In this document: positions 26,611-41,145 of the stretch, piece after piece
Numbering within the stretch: the first letter of the stretch is position 1
Layout of the letters: each line of letters starts with the position of its first letter
From: Octopus vulgaris
Taxonomy: Eukaryota
DNA length: 64,000 nucleotides
Reading direction: 5' to 3'
Assembly (NCBI GenBank): GCA_951406725.2
Contig: OX597819.1
Span: 48,112,001 to 48,176,000, forward strand
Made by a program: the position numbers and the translations under genes
Notes under the pieces: generated by a model
Told to the model about the DNA's origin: nothing
Seen by the model: only the letters and a program-made list of their open reading frames with translations
Databases searched by the model: none

Positions 26611-28633
26611 ATATATTGTAAGATTTAAAGTGAGATATCAGTTGAATGATTCTGTTGTTTCACATTTATTCTTATTTTGGTTCATTGCAGCATTGTCTTA
26701 AGATTTTGTTGAAGATGTAGCAAAGGCAATACCCAGACATTATCACTTTTATTCTTCCAGTTACCTTAAACTGGAACACTGGTAGAATCCTTAGCACCTC
26801 AAACAAAATGCTTAGCACCATTTTTCCAGCACTTTATGTTCTAATTTCAAATTCTGCCAAGGTTGACTTTATCTTTTAACCTCTCGGGATTGATAAAATA
26901 AGTACCGGTCAAGCCCTAGGGTCAATGTAATTGACTAACCTCCCTCCCACAGAATTTGCTGATCTTATCCAATAGTAAAAAGAAGACTCTTTTCAATTAC
27001 CTCCCTTTTTTCACAACTTTCTCTTTCTTTCTGTGATATCCCTTTATATTTTGATTCAGTTCTAATTTCTTCCTTGTCTTCTCTTAGCTGAAAGGAAATT
27101 GCATTTTGTAACCTCAGGACGGCTCTGAAAATAAAGCAAGCCTATGATCAAATGCGTTCCAACTGTGACCTTTGTTGCTTTTATTCATAGTGCATTCAAG
27201 ATTATGTTATCAAGTTTATCCCTTTGTTTTTTACTTCTTTTCTTTTGTAAGGTGTAATGTGGCTGTTGTATCTAGCAGGTTTTCTTTTTCATTTGTACCA
27301 AGTAAATTTGTCTTCATGATGTCTGGTGGATAATTTCTTAAGGTTATTGCTAGCATTAGGCTCTTGTTTCTGCCAACTGGTAGACACAGCTTCAACATTC
27401 CCTTACCACTGTTTCTTCATGGGGCATATAATTTTAACAGTGTTTCCTTATTTGTTCTCATTGATTCATGTATGCTGTTCAAATTTTAAAATTTTGTTTC
27501 ACAGTTAAAGAGAGCATTTCTTCAATTATAAGTTTGTTTCTAGTTTTCTTATTGCATCTTTGTGAATAGTCAACTAATTTGACATCACAACCAGCCATGT
27601 CATTATAGAATATATACCATCAACTCAATTTATCATAGCAGATACAGGATGAGTTTGATTTCTTGTCTAGGGGCCATAGCTTGAAGTGCTCCCTATCTAT
27701 TTTAGTAAACAAAATCAAAAGTTAAGATAACCATTTTTTTTTTGTTTTTATTCCTGTCTGAATGTTTGATAGTATAAATATACAAATATAATATAAGAAT
27801 CATTCAAATAAAAAAAAAAAACATTTAGTTTTTGCCAAACCATATATTCTTAACTTAAAAGTAAGATACATGAAGAAAAACTAATTCTTAAATTTTTTTT
27901 TTCCTAGCAGTTTTTAAAGATTTGTAATTTTCAAGTTCCTCTGTCTCTTCGAATGACCATACCATCAAAACTACTTTAAACAGTTCTTTTCAATACTAAA
28001 TCCATGTCTTGTTATCTGTGTGTTTACTCCAACAACACTTCCTCTGACTCAAAACGTTTTATATTCAAACAAAAGAAAAAAAAAAGCATTTATTTCTATT
28101 GAAGCAAGGTTATTTACATCTGACCCTCTCTTTTCTCTCATTTTTTGTGTTGTTTTTGTCTTGCTTGGTAAAAATATGGCCACATACTTTGTTGCTTTCA
28201 CTTACTGAAGAAAAACACAAAATCTATTATATAGGTAAAAAAAATGTGTGCAAATGGTTTTCTTTGAAAAAAAATTAAATAAACAAAATTTAAAAAAAGA
28301 ACAAAACTAATGAAAAAAAATCACTAATACATACACCTCATAAACTTTTTTTAAGAAAAAAAATCTGCAAGATTTAATTATGAATTCTCCTGTTCAATAC
28401 TGGTAGTAGACTTTAAAAAATAGTCTTACAGTCAACTGTTGTGAAGTAGTTGTTGTTTACTCTGATCACACCCACCGAGTTTCCTGACTATGGAGACTAC
28501 AGTTGTTAGTGTGCTTGCTCTAATCAAGGCAGGTGTGTCTGGTTAATGTCATCCTTTTATTGCCAAACCAACTTTTCATCCATTTCTCTCATCTTAAAAA
28601 GCTCTCTCCTCCTCTCACAATATTTTAGTGCTA

Positions 28634-29185
28634 TATATTTAATTATATATATTTATATATATACACACACACACACATATATATCATCATCACCATCATA
28701 TATGGATATATATGCGAATATATATATACATATATATATACACATATATATGGATATATATATATATATATATATACGCACACATATATGTGTGTATAAA
28801 TATATATATACATATGTGTGTGTATACATATATATGTATGTATATATACATATATGTGTGTATATATATACATATATGTGTGTATATATATACATGTGTG
28901 TATATATATACATGTGTGTATATATATACATATATGTATGTATATACATATATGTATGTATATATACATATATGTATATATATACATATATGTGTGTATA
29001 TATATACATATATGTGTGTATATATATACATATATGTGTGTACATATATATATATATATACATATATGTATATACATATATATACATATATGTATATATA
29101 TATATATATACATATATGTATATACATATATATACATATATGTATATATATATATATATATGCGTGTGTGTGTCTGTATATATAA
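28634..29185. repeat. ~550-bp compound (TA)n/(TG)/(CA) microsatellite
   Basis: Direct inspection. It generates the six overlapping YIYI-type spurious ORFs. Confidence 0.97.
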
Positions 29186-32100
29186 TGTAACTAGTGGTAA
29201 TTATTTTCACAAGTTACCCTTGTCATCTGTGTAGCTGTGCGTGAATGTGTGTGCATGATTCTGTGCGTTTGCATGCTGATTCTTTCTTAGTCTCATTATT
29301 AGAACTGAGTGCTGTTTCCAGAAGCAACAGGCAGACCTTCGCAAAAAAAAAAGAATTTTTTTTTTTAATAACATGCCCTTCCCAAGGAAAACGATCTTTT
29401 CTTTTATTTATTATTTTTTTTTGTTTTTTGCGTTTTTTTTTTGTTTTTTTTTGTACGTGTTGGTTCATAAGAGTTCTTTTTAATGCCAATTAAAGTTTAT
29501 TTCTTACTGAAAGAAGGAAAATAAAAATGATAATACCATGAAAATTTAATACCATGTAGACTATTTTGACAAGAAACAATAATTAAAAAATCCTGCAATA
29601 TTGGAGAGGAGTTAAAAAGAAACTAACAAACTCTAACAGAATTCTCTAAAACTATTCAATATTTATACAACCAACATTACCCTGCCCTCTTCCTTCCTTC
29701 TCTCTTTCTTGCTTTTTTTTTTTTTATTTTTAATACCATTTTATATGTGGAACTTGAATAATATGCTCTACTTTTGGCAGCAGGGGTTGTTTGCCCATTC
29801 TCACTTTTACTGTTTCATTTTGATGCGTTTCCAATAGCATGGTTTTTACTTTCCTAATGACCTGAAGCATTTTGTATGAGATCTTGAAGTTCTGATTGTT
29901 AGCAGCAGTAATTCATTTTTTAAATACTACATTTTTATTTATTATAATTTTGTGCGTGTGTGTATGTGTGTTTGTGCATATGTGTTCTTGGGCAAGCCCA
30001 AGGATACATACAATGTCATGACTGAAGTAGCACCATTTTCTCCTCCTTCCTCTGCCTTTTATCTACTCTCTATTCACATATATTCACTGTCATAAACATA
30101 CAACAGCTCTTTTGTTGAGTTGCCCTTAATTATCAGTTATTAAAAAAAAAACTATGCTACGTTTGTAAAAAAAAAAATAATAAAAATAAAAAAGGGGAAA
30201 GAAAAAAAGAATTGCCCAAACTTCCTTCAGAACGAAGGTCTTAGATTGGTCACATGTCCATCCACTCATGTTACAATGTTTTTTTTTTTTTTTTAATTAA
30301 CTGCTGGTTGTGGTTCCCCCCCTTGAGAATGCTGAAAGTACTACTGCCTCCTCACTCTCCCTTCAATGCCCCCACCTACTCCAACTTCTCCTTTGGGTTA
30401 GCAGTAGGAGTCGGGTAACTATGATGGAGACACACTTGAGGTTCGTTGGTGAGAAATGAACCGAATGTGGTGCGACTGTTCATAGTTGTTGGATTGGAGG
30501 GGGGGAGGCTCTGATTGCAGGTAACATGCGCAATGATAGACTGTCTATCTGTGATATTCTGGTGTGACACACCAATTTCATATGAAAAATAAAATTTGTA
30601 TAATGTTCTCATGTGGAAAAGTAATGTGTTGTCTTCTGTATTTTTATTATTCTGTACTGTAAATTCCTCCCACTTTAATTTTTTTTTAATTATTCTTCAG
30701 CTCAAAGTAACAAAGCTTTCTTCTGTGTCTAGTTGATTAAATCTTTTAGCAAAACATTCAACTGAAATGCACAATGTGACAATGCCAAGGTATATTAGAT
30801 CTGCAACATCTTTGCTTGTAATAAGATGTAGAAAAAGAAAAAAAACTGGAGCAACTCTTTGATGATTTATGAAGTATTTGTCTGCTAGCAACCTTAGGAC
30901 CACTTTGCCACATTCTCTGGTAACAAATTCTTTGTCATTGCTGCTCATTGCCATTTTAACCTTCAACTTTGATTTGGGAGTGGCTTACAAGATTTTTCTT
31001 TTAGCTAGTTATTTTTTTTTCTCTCATTTTTAAAGTAATTCTCAAATTTTCCTTCATTGGCTATAATGTAAATTCGTTTTTCTATTAAAAAATTTTTTTT
31101 TTTTTCAAGTTGTAAATGAGAATAAAAGAATGAATGAATTATGATTTAAGTTAAGAAGCTAGGTATATAAAAAACATTTGCTTAGTTCAAGTATAAACTT
31201 TACTTTTTAGTTTCCATTGGTTTCAAGATCGGAATTGATCAGCGTAAAAACAAAATCACTCTGGAGCTTTATTTGTTAACTAAATTAATTATTTTGGAGA
31301 AAGCAGAGATTATTTTTTGCAACTTATAAGTAACTTTTTATTGATTTGATGAACATCTTAAGTAATAGCTGAATAGAAATTAGATCATGGAAACAAGTTT
31401 TTCAATTTCTATATGTTACTCCTAGTTTTGATTGCGAGAAGCCAAAATTCGACTTAGATCTTGAATAGAAAGAGCAAGCAAATCTCACTTAGAAACTTTA
31501 AAATAAGATATGGAGTTAATATATATCTATATCTTTTACAATTAATCAAACTGATGTCTGATTTTGAAAGACATTAAAATAGATTTTTATACAATATATA
31601 CAGTTTGTTGTAATTTGTGATGTTAGTAAGTCTTCATATTTAGTTTAGCAAGAGACCACTAACATTCAGTGTAGCTGAAGTGACCACAGATTTTTCAACT
31701 CAAAACGATGATTCTGTAATGTAGTTTTGAGGTTTTCTTAATTAATTTACCCGCAACAGATAAAATTGTTCACTAGATTGACAAACACTAAAGTATTAAC
31801 TTCAATAGGTTGCTTGTTCAACTAGAAAAACTATTGTTTAAAAAAAATTGATGAAATTAATTAGCTTTTGTTTGAATGCATGTTAGAAAAGTGAGAGAAA
31901 TTTATGGCTTGCTTTTAAGATATTTATACAAATAGTTAAATCTTTAAAAGGTTTGCTGCAACTAAAATTCAACCTAGTTATTATTGAAGTTTATTTTGTG
32001 ATGGATTTCTTGTGATGATCTGTACATAAAATACACCACAATATAAGAACTGATGTTTTCTTACTTCATCATAGCCAATGAAATTCCACTCTATATATTG

Positions 32101-32479
32101 TATTTACATTGCAGCAAATCAAATAAGTTCTCTTCTAACTTTGCCATAGTGTTGACATTAATTTCTAGTTATGTATTAGATTGATTATAACCAACCTAAT
32201 CTCCAGCTCTGGTTGGCAGCAATTCTCTCTACCCACCGATTTTTTTTTTCTTTCTTTCCCAAAACCTTCCATTTCTGTAACTATTTATATTTTGTAGCCA
32301 AATGAAGGAAGATCTATTAATTGGGATACAGTTGAGGCTTCCAAACATTTTAGCTGTTTTTTTTTTTTTAAATTAAAAAAAAAAAAAAAAGAGTTGCAAT
32401 ATTTAAAAAGAAAAAAAAACTTGTATCTCCCACAATGGTGAATGCATGACTAAAATACTCCTTACTCTTATAAAGAATT

Positions 32480-35400
32480 TGTTTCATCTTTGGAATAAAT
32501 TTATTTGTTCAAGAAGTGAAATTATATACATATCAAACTCAATTGAAAGTCATTTCAGCACATTTTTCTACAGAGAACTCAACACAAAAGGATTTCAGTC
32601 AGAAAAATAACTTCAACTTAAAAAAGAAAAAAAAAAAATTAAATAAATAAAAATTTAAAAAATAAAATAAATTTTAAAAAATTAAGCAGATTAAGAAATC
32701 AAATCACATCTACACCAGTTATTTGGAGAAAAAAAAATAAAAGATTGAAGTGACAAAAACAACCAAGATGTACTGTTTTTATTAATATTTTTTGTAGTCT
32801 TTTGAACCTTTTATTGTTACTATTTATTCTCCTGACAATTTGACTGCTGCCAGTGGTTACAAAGGCACATTCTTAAATTCTGTCAACTGTTGAATGACTG
32901 TTCTACAGATGTTTCTGGAGCAAAAGTACCAATATTAGACAGGCTGTGGCTAAAAAAATTGTTTACATATGCTACTTCCAAGAATGTAAATTTAAAAGTA
33001 GAAATAATTACTAGATAGAAATTCTAAGAAACAATACGTTACTGATTCTTGTAGCTGAAGATAATAAATATTAAATTCTTCTTGTAATAATTATGTAAAG
33101 AAAGGATTTAAAAAATAAAAAATCCACAGTTCCAGAAGCTAACAGATGTATTACTTCTACTGGAGATTTATTTATTATTAATTAATTACCATATCACGTT
33201 AGTCAATCTACAAGTGAAAGAAGAAAAAAAAACAATTGACATTCTTTAAGTACAAACTATCAAAATATATTTTATGTGGCTGTAGTGATCTGATTTCAAA
33301 TCCCAAATCTCTGTTTTCAGATTAAAGTCTCTAAAAGATTATAATCAGAATTAAACTTTTTTTTTTTAATTTCATAGATAGCAAGTCTACCATATGTAAA
33401 TTTCGAAGAGAAAAGTAGTTATGCACGCACACACACACACTGAATTCTTCAACTACAAAACATGATGTTCCATTGGATTAAAACATCTTTTTTTTTCTTA
33501 ATACTCAAAGACTCTACAAATCCACTTAGATGGTTAGCTCAACTCAGGTTTCAGCAAACATTGGTTAGCTAGAACACTAAAGTAAAATATGCATTTACCT
33601 CTTACATCATTTATAGATGTGTCTGTACTTGAATTCCTGACTTCAAAAGAACAAACTTTTCAATTATATTGCTGGCATATTGAGAAGAAAAAAAAAACAT
33701 CCTGTCATGCAGCTAAAAAACCATAATTTCCTTGCATTTTTATTTTAGTTAACCCATAAAATTATCCTTTAAATTAAGCAGCCCATTTGAACTATTAAGT
33801 TTGAAAATATTTTTCTAATTTTACTTTCATTATCAGTTTCCCATGAAATTTTAACTGCTGTTGCATTATTCATCTTAAGGCCATGGCTACTAATCAAATT
33901 TGAAATTTCTCAATTACCTTTGAAAACATTTCAGACCACTGACATTTACTATATCTAATGATACTGAATTTTATTAAATGTCTTTCTCTGTGGAACTGTT
34001 TTTTCCTAACTAAAGTAAAATCTCACTCAACCATAAAAATGGCAGTTCATTGGCTAAAAGAACCACTAAAAGAATTTCATTTATTTTCTCTACCCAAGAA
34101 GTTACTGAACCGGTTTGTCTAAAGACACTAGAAGAATGAACTTCAAGAGCAAATACAACAATATACTGATTTACACTAATTTACAAATAGACATCTACAA
34201 CTGACAACTCCACAAAACATTTTTCTAGTTAAACCCAGAGTTTTATTTCAACTTTTTGTTTTCTTGATAACTATTTTTTTAGAATAGTCAAATCAGAAAG
34301 AGAAAAAAAAAAAGAATTATACAAAATTGTGCCACAATTTAAAGAACGAAAAAGATTTTCAAAAAAGGAGAGAGAAAAAAGTTATTTTATAGATTTTTTT
34401 TTAATAATTTTCTTGTCTCCTAAATAGATTTTTATATGGTAACAGAATTCCACAATAAACCTTAGAAGCATGCAAGAAGTCAAGAAATATTACAAATTCT
34501 CTCATCCCAATTACAATTTGAATTTCAAAGTAAAAGAAATTAGCTGTACAAAGTGTTGTAATTCATCAGGTCTTGTTGCATTAATCCACATCCTTCAGTA
34601 AAACAAGGATAGCTTTAATAAAAATCCAGGGTTGGGAAGGCATTTGAGTAACTAAGAAATAAAGGGAGATTATCAACACAAAACGTGTCCTTTAATCTAA
34701 AATGTTTAAAATAAATAAAATTCCGATAAATCATGTCACAACCATAATTTAAATAACACCCAACTGGCATAACCATTACCAAATCTTAGAGTAGACAATA
34801 CGAGCAATGATTTGTTTTTTTTTTTTATTTCGTTTGTTTTGTAGGGTTTTCTCTAATTGAAAATCACAACCTTGAAATAACATACATGCAAATGTTGTAC
34901 ATGTGCACATGCAGGTGTGTAAATGTGTGTACATACATAGAACTAGAACTTCAAGAACTGTCTTTTTTCTTTTATTGTCTATAGAATGTCCACGTTTTAG
35001 AGACTAGACATAGTTATACAGATATAACAGGGTCAGCAGGGAGATAAAGAAGTAAAGATTGGAGAAAAAAAAATCTACACTTCATACAAATCATTTCTGA
35101 AACAACTTTTATTTCCAAAAAAAAAAAAAAAATAATAAGTTTCATGAATTTTATTAATAAAAAAGATAAACAAAAAATAATAATTATAAAACCAATGCTA
35201 TATACTATGTTACTAAATGTAACACTTGTGCCAGTGGAACTAGTTCAGACTTTCAAAAGTTCTAGAGGGCAGCCAAACAGAAAATCTCCAAGTTAGTTGA
35301 GCCAGCATTTCAGAAATATATCATTGTCACATGTTATTCACATATTACTAATTGCTTTTCCTCAGTTACACATTGGGTCGATCAATTTCAAGAGGATAAA

Positions 35401-36971
35401 ATAAGATGAAATTATTTTAAAAGGAAGTCATTGTTAAGGAGATTTGTATTGCTTCAGAGTCTTTTCATTTTTACCCAGAATCTTCATAAAATATATTTAG
35501 ACCGTGTGCAGATTATGGCCAAGTATTACACATTCAAATTATGACAAAAAAAAAAATGGACAATGTATAAATTATATTTTATAGTATGTTTGAGTAAATA
35601 AAACAAAATGGAAATTAAAAATAATAATAATAATAAAATAAAAAGGAAAGCTAATATTTACAAGCAATGTTAACAGTAACATCCCCTAGTTGCAGGAAGC
35701 TGCAGCAGCCAGGGTACAATAAGGCTTCCTGTGGGCACCTGTGAACAGATGCTAGGTATCAGACAGAATGACATAGCATTCACCTGACACCCAGAAGAAA
35801 GAGAGCTGTTTGAGCACTGGCTGAAATCTGACAGTGGGAACTTTCCCCACATGAAATTAATCATAGTAGAGGGAGAAAGAGAGAATTAAAAAAATATGGC
35901 CATGCCCTTCAAGAATGCTTACAGAAATACCAGAATATATATATAGCTATATATAAAAAAAATTAAAAGAAGAAGCATTTTAAAGACGAAATTGTTATTA
36001 AAAAAAATATAAATAAATAAGAATTTTAAATTGAGAAAAAGTTTTAATATCAAGATTAGCTGAAAATATATAATTGAATTTATTTATGTTGCAAATATTA
36101 AGGACCAGTTTAATCAGTTTTATATTGTGCTAAGGAGTTTCTGATCATCTGATGGTATGCGAGCTTATGTTCCAATAAGCATTGATCCATCAAACAGTTT
36201 GTTTTTTATGCATGAATGAAGAAAATATGCAGCATACTGGACTCCTAAAACAGTTATTGTAGTCTGAGGTCAGTTTATTAGATTTCCTTATCAATTAGTA
36301 AATGAAAAGTCATTTTTAAATACAAAACTTAATATTCTATTTCATAGTCTAAATTACTGCAAACAAAAGGAAAAATAATATGAAGCAGGTCAGTGTCTTT
36401 GAAAATTCTAAAGTAACTGATCAAATAATTTTTAAAAATAGATAAAACCAAGGAAGTTAATGTTAGACAGCACTCGAGTGAAAATAACTGAGTGGCTGCA
36501 GTGCTTCAAGAAGGAGCTGTGCCAAAGTCAATATGTAAACACTCAATGCAAAGTGTTTAACAAGACAAGCAGAAACAAATCGGAGCAAAATAACAAAAGG
36601 AGGCACAGAGGAAGTTATTCTCATTAGAAGGGGCTGGGAGGCGGGACTGTTTCCAAAGCATTTTTTAAAAAAATCTAAAGAGGATTAAATACTCATTCAA
36701 GAAGGAAAAAAAGAAGGACATGAAAAAAAAAAATCAAATAAATAACGAAGGAAATAGGTGCAACAGTAAATAACTAATAATTAGTAGAGATGTTGAACTA
36801 CAAGAAAGTTTTCACAAAACATTATCAACTATATAGGTATATGTGTATCGAAATCTTAAATTTGATAGGCCTAGCCTGATTTGGGGGGAAAGCTGGAGGG
36901 GTGGGGGAATCAAAGGTCTGAGACGCAGGCTATAATAGGCAATTTTCAGAGGAGAGTTAGCTTTCAGCTTC
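32480..36971 (-). other. Probable ~4.5-kb 3'UTR of the LASP gene
   Basis: Downstream of the SH3 stop. U-rich on the - strand with no recognisable TEs. AATAAA on the - strand at 35108-35113 and 32500-32505. Confidence 0.55.
32494..32505. terminator. Palindromic AATAAATTTATT: candidate bidirectional polyadenylation signal
   Basis: AATAAA on + (32494-32499) abuts AATAAA on - (32500-32505), near where the + strand changes from T-rich to A-rich. Confidence 0.5.
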
Positions 36972-37151
36972 TCATGCTGATTGTGTTTGTACATAGTTGG
37001 AAGGCAACATTCCTCGTTCACCCGTTCGTTCAACAGTGCCTTCCATCCAACCCTGATCAATCGGCTGGCAATGGATAATGATATCACCTTCCATAAATGA
37101 AACCTCATCAGTGTCAGCAGCGCTATAGTCATAGATGGCCTTGGACACTAA
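36972..37151 (-). CDS. LASP1: LASP/nebulette-family terminal exon encoding the SH3 domain ([23 protein letters not shown]...[26 protein letters not shown])
   Basis: TCTTGCAG acceptor, phase 0, TGA stop. Close match to the LASP1 SH3 (AVYDYSAADEDEVSFQDGD...[21 protein letters not shown]). Confidence 0.93.
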   Translation of the reverse strand, partial: LVSKAIYDYSAADTDEVSFMEGDIIIHCQPIDQGWMEGTVERTGERGMLPSNYVQTQSA

Positions 37152-37357
37152 CTGCAAGACAAACAAACAAATGGAAAAATAAATACATTACAAACATAGG
37201 GTATCAAAGAAAAAAAACAAAACATTTTACTTCAGCTTGATATCAATACTGGCCATTTTTATAATGGTCGTCTCTTACTTTAAACCAGCCACATACAAAC
37301 ACTCTTCTTTATGTTACAGATCTTGTCTACCTTTGAAATTCTAAAGCTTTAAAACTA

Positions 37358-37552
37358 TTAACCCTTTACCATTCAGATTATTTTGTCAAATATAATGCTT
37401 ATTTATTCACATTGTTTTGAATTAACAATACACTATCTTGTAGCTTCAAGATATTCATAATGTGATTGCTTATTTTAAGAAAAGCATTGTAGGGTAAGTG
37501 TGATAGGCTGGCCCTTAGCCTGATACAGCCAGTCAAAATACTAAAGAGCTAA
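37358..37552 (-). mobile_element. piggyBac-like MITE, family B
   Basis: TTAACCCTTTACCATTCAG start. The reverse complement aligns to 56477-56689. Confidence 0.7.
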
Positions 37553-37980
37553 TCTATTCTAATGATATGTAAACTTACATGATATTGAAGTGAATTTCTT
37601 AATGAAAGTCGTATCTGCACCTCACAGTCATATCTGCACACACATTTTTTTTGCTAAAATACAATTTTTTACTTCATGTTCAAAGTACACCAAAATATTT
37701 TTAAGTTGCTCTGAAAAAGGTAACATATTTACAACAAATAGATGGAAGTAAACAAACAGAGATGACTAGATGGAAAATTTTTGATGGTGCTAAGATAGAT
37801 TGAGAAAAGTGCAGATATTGTTTACTAAAAGTTCCTTTATAATTATTTATAAAATTGAGTTTAACACTTAAAAGTTTTGTTTTTCATTGGAGAGAGGAAA
37901 AATCTAGAGGGAAATTACTGACCAGGCTGACAGCAGTGAATATTACTCACTACCTACTTCCATTTCTCTCTTTTTCTGTT

Positions 37981-38020
<40 letters not shown>

Positions 38021-38194
38021 ACCATGATAGATCGTTAGCCACTACACACATTTTTTTCTCTCCTTGTTTTTTCTGTGTCCCTTTCCATAGAAGAGCGTAG
38101 GTTCGAAACGTAAAAGACTTATTCTATTCCTGAGCGTTATACTAATACATGTTTGTTTTGTACACCACCTGTCTTCGTCTTTTTTGTAAACTCT

Positions 38195-38231
<37 letters not shown>

Positions 38232-38238
<7 letters not shown>

Positions 38239-38352
38239 TTAGAGACAAAACCACTATTTTGCAAAACAAACAAGGAAAGACTTAATCAATACATATGATT
38301 AAGTCTTTCCTTGTTTGTTTTGCAAAATAGTGGTTTTGTCTCTAATTAATAT
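38232..38352. repeat. Perfect 57-bp-arm palindrome with 7-nt loop, embedded in (TA)n
   Basis: 38232-38288 is the exact reverse complement of 38296-38352. Confidence 0.95.
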
Positions 38353-39332
38353 CAATATTATATAATATTTTACTATAAAATTGGATTTAATCCTAAATCT
38401 GATTTTTTCCCTGTAAATTTGGATTTATTCCCTAATATATATATATAAAAGACTTTTTGTCAGGATGGAATGTAGTACACATAACTCTATACTAAGTTTG
38501 CAAGACTGGTGGGAAAGACATCCTATTCTGAATGCTTGCAACAGAGTCAACTCCACCAAAAGCATCCAAAGTACCAAGTGGTGATATTAAACAACTGGGC
38601 AATGGATTAAGTCTATCATCCAAGTTATGCCCAGGCAGGATACCACATACACCACAAGACGTCTGGTCCAACTTTTAACAGCAGTAAAAAGAATGAAGGA
38701 TGTGGACTCCATACACTGCATTGGAAAGACAACTCAATGAAGAGAGCAGTAAATCCAAATTTATTCAGGTGGACATTCATAACCATTCCATGTTTAAAAA
38801 ATTCTTATATTTTTATAATTAGATATTATTAAGAATTATATAAAAATAATTATTAAAATATTTTGTGTTGTAGAAGTGTAACTAACTTTATTGCACATAG
38901 ATTTTAACATGTTTTACACGCACTTTCGACAAGTTGTGGTGCACCTGAGCACTGTATACAATAACTTTATTATTATTATTAAAATCTTATGTGGACCCTG
39001 GTTGAGAAACCACTGCTCAGTGGTCCTTTTCAGAAACAACTTCTCTACTGTCAGTGGGATGATTAAATGCACCCAGCCTACACTGAAAAGTGGTTGGGGG
39101 TTAGAAAACTAGAAGTAAAAACCATGCTCTCCACCCTAACAAAAAAGAAAAAGCCAATATATGTTACCATAGAGCAAAGCACCTTCTCTCGTCATGGATG
39201 TTTGACAAAAAACATCCACAAGAAGAGAGAAGGTGCTTTGAGACCTTTTTATATATAAACATGAGAAAACAAAATGCAAAAGTGTTGACATCAACAAGAG
39301 TCAGTATCGCTTATTACAAATTTAACACTTAC

Positions 39333-39370
39333 CCCTTTTCCAGCATACGGATTCTGATGGTGTGCAGGAG
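39333..39370 (-). CDS. LASP1: LASP penultimate exon, 38 nt (APAHHQNPYAGKG)
   Basis: TTTTTAG acceptor and GTAAGT donor. Phase 1-0 is exactly what is needed to join the phase-1 linker exons to the phase-0 SH3 exon. Confidence 0.85.
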
Positions 39371-41145
39371 CTAAAAATTGGGAAATGAAGAGGAAAATAA
39401 TTAAATTGAGCATACATTAAAGAAAAAATTTTAATATGAGTAAAACTTCAATTCTGGAATATTTCAGTGATAGCTACATAGTTATCAGAGTATAGAAAAC
39501 AGAAAAGGAGAACTAATAAAACAGTAAAGGTGAAAAAAAAAAAAGAAAAGAAAAAGACTACATAAAACAATGAAGTGATGCAGTTTTTGTTTTGTTTTTT
39601 TGTTTTTCCTGAAATTGAGAAAGCTACAGTTGTGTTGTTTCCCTTTGTGTGTTCTGGAAAAAGGAATACATTTTGTTTTTCTTTCTTGATAACAACATAA
39701 ATAAACGACAAATGTAACACGGTGGAAGGAGAGAAGATAAAATAATGGCAACAATAACAACGATGACATCAACAACAACATTCATCTATTGACAAAAATG
39801 TACAAGACGAACACAAAGAAAATTCTACTGCAGAGAGAGCAGTACATGCTGACTAGTAATAGTTAGTTGGTAAAATTAAAAAGAAAAAAAAATAATAATT
39901 ATCAAAAGAACTAGATTATGAAGTGGTGTTCATTTTCCAGAGTGTTTCCTATCGGAAATATGTTAGATATTTTATTTAAATTATACCCTTAGTTTTGAAC
40001 GTAGTTTGAAAATAATTATTCATGAAATGGAATAAGTCAATAATTGTAAGGGAGATAACTCTTCTTTTTTTTTCGTAAATGGTCTTCCATAACAAACTGG
40101 TGACAATGGAAACATGTTTCGGTACCATTTCCTTTGTTTCAATGTTGATCAGATTGTATTTTCAAATATTTATCTTAAAATAATGTCAGTGTAATTCATT
40201 CAATGTCTGTTGCTACATCGGGGATACACAACTAAAAAGAAGAAACATTCTTAAATATTGAAATTAAAAAAAGAAAAGAAAATGTTTGCTAAAAAAAAAA
40301 TTTATGAGCAGTGAAAGAAAGCTTTAGAAATTGCCAGAAAGAAAAAAAATAGTTTCACACAAAGACACGCACGCACACACACACACATACATTTGAGCAA
40401 TTAAGAAAATAGGGCACAGCTATAATGGTGTAGTTAAGAAGCTCACTTTAAGAAGTTAAGAAGCAACCAGGTGGCTTCAGGTTCAATCCTATAGCATGTC
40501 ACCTCATGTCTTCTATTATAGCCTCAGGTCAACCAATGCATCTCTTTCACTGACCCTTTCCCACAGGTCCTCTGGCTTCCTATCACACTCAACTCTATCT
40601 CACACGTCTCTCCACCCATCCTAACTGCAATGTTCACTCTTATAAGGTGACAGACCACTCAATACCCACCTATTCAACACATCTCATCATCCTTACCACT
40701 CTGTCCTTCTCCCAAGTCCTTTACACTACTCTTTCCTTTGCCCTTTCGATTAGTCCTCCCAACACAATTTCTCCTGCAACTCTCCATTAACACACTTTCA
40801 CAATACTAAATCTGTTAATCCTTTTTATAGCGCAACCTCTTTTTATCATGTCACTGAACAGACTATCAGATGTTGTTATACATCACTGGTCACAATACAC
40901 TTTGCATCGTTTTAGCTTTCGAATGATACTGACCCATTAGCTAGGTGAACAGCCCAACATTCACCCTGAACAGGTTAGTCCATCACAGGGTTATACATTT
41001 ACAACTGTGTGGACTGAAGGAATGTGAAATTAAGCATTTTGCTCAAGAACACTACATGCTGGCCAGATTGAAAATCAAACCCTCAATAACTAGGTCGTAG
41101 GTGCAACATCCTAACCACTAGGCCACACACTTTCATAACTTCTCT

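Noticed and set aside
28546-29234. Six overlapping 138-214 aa ORFs rich in Y/I/V/C/H/T
   Set aside because: They are translations of the (TA)/(TG) microsatellite, which lacks stop codons in every frame.
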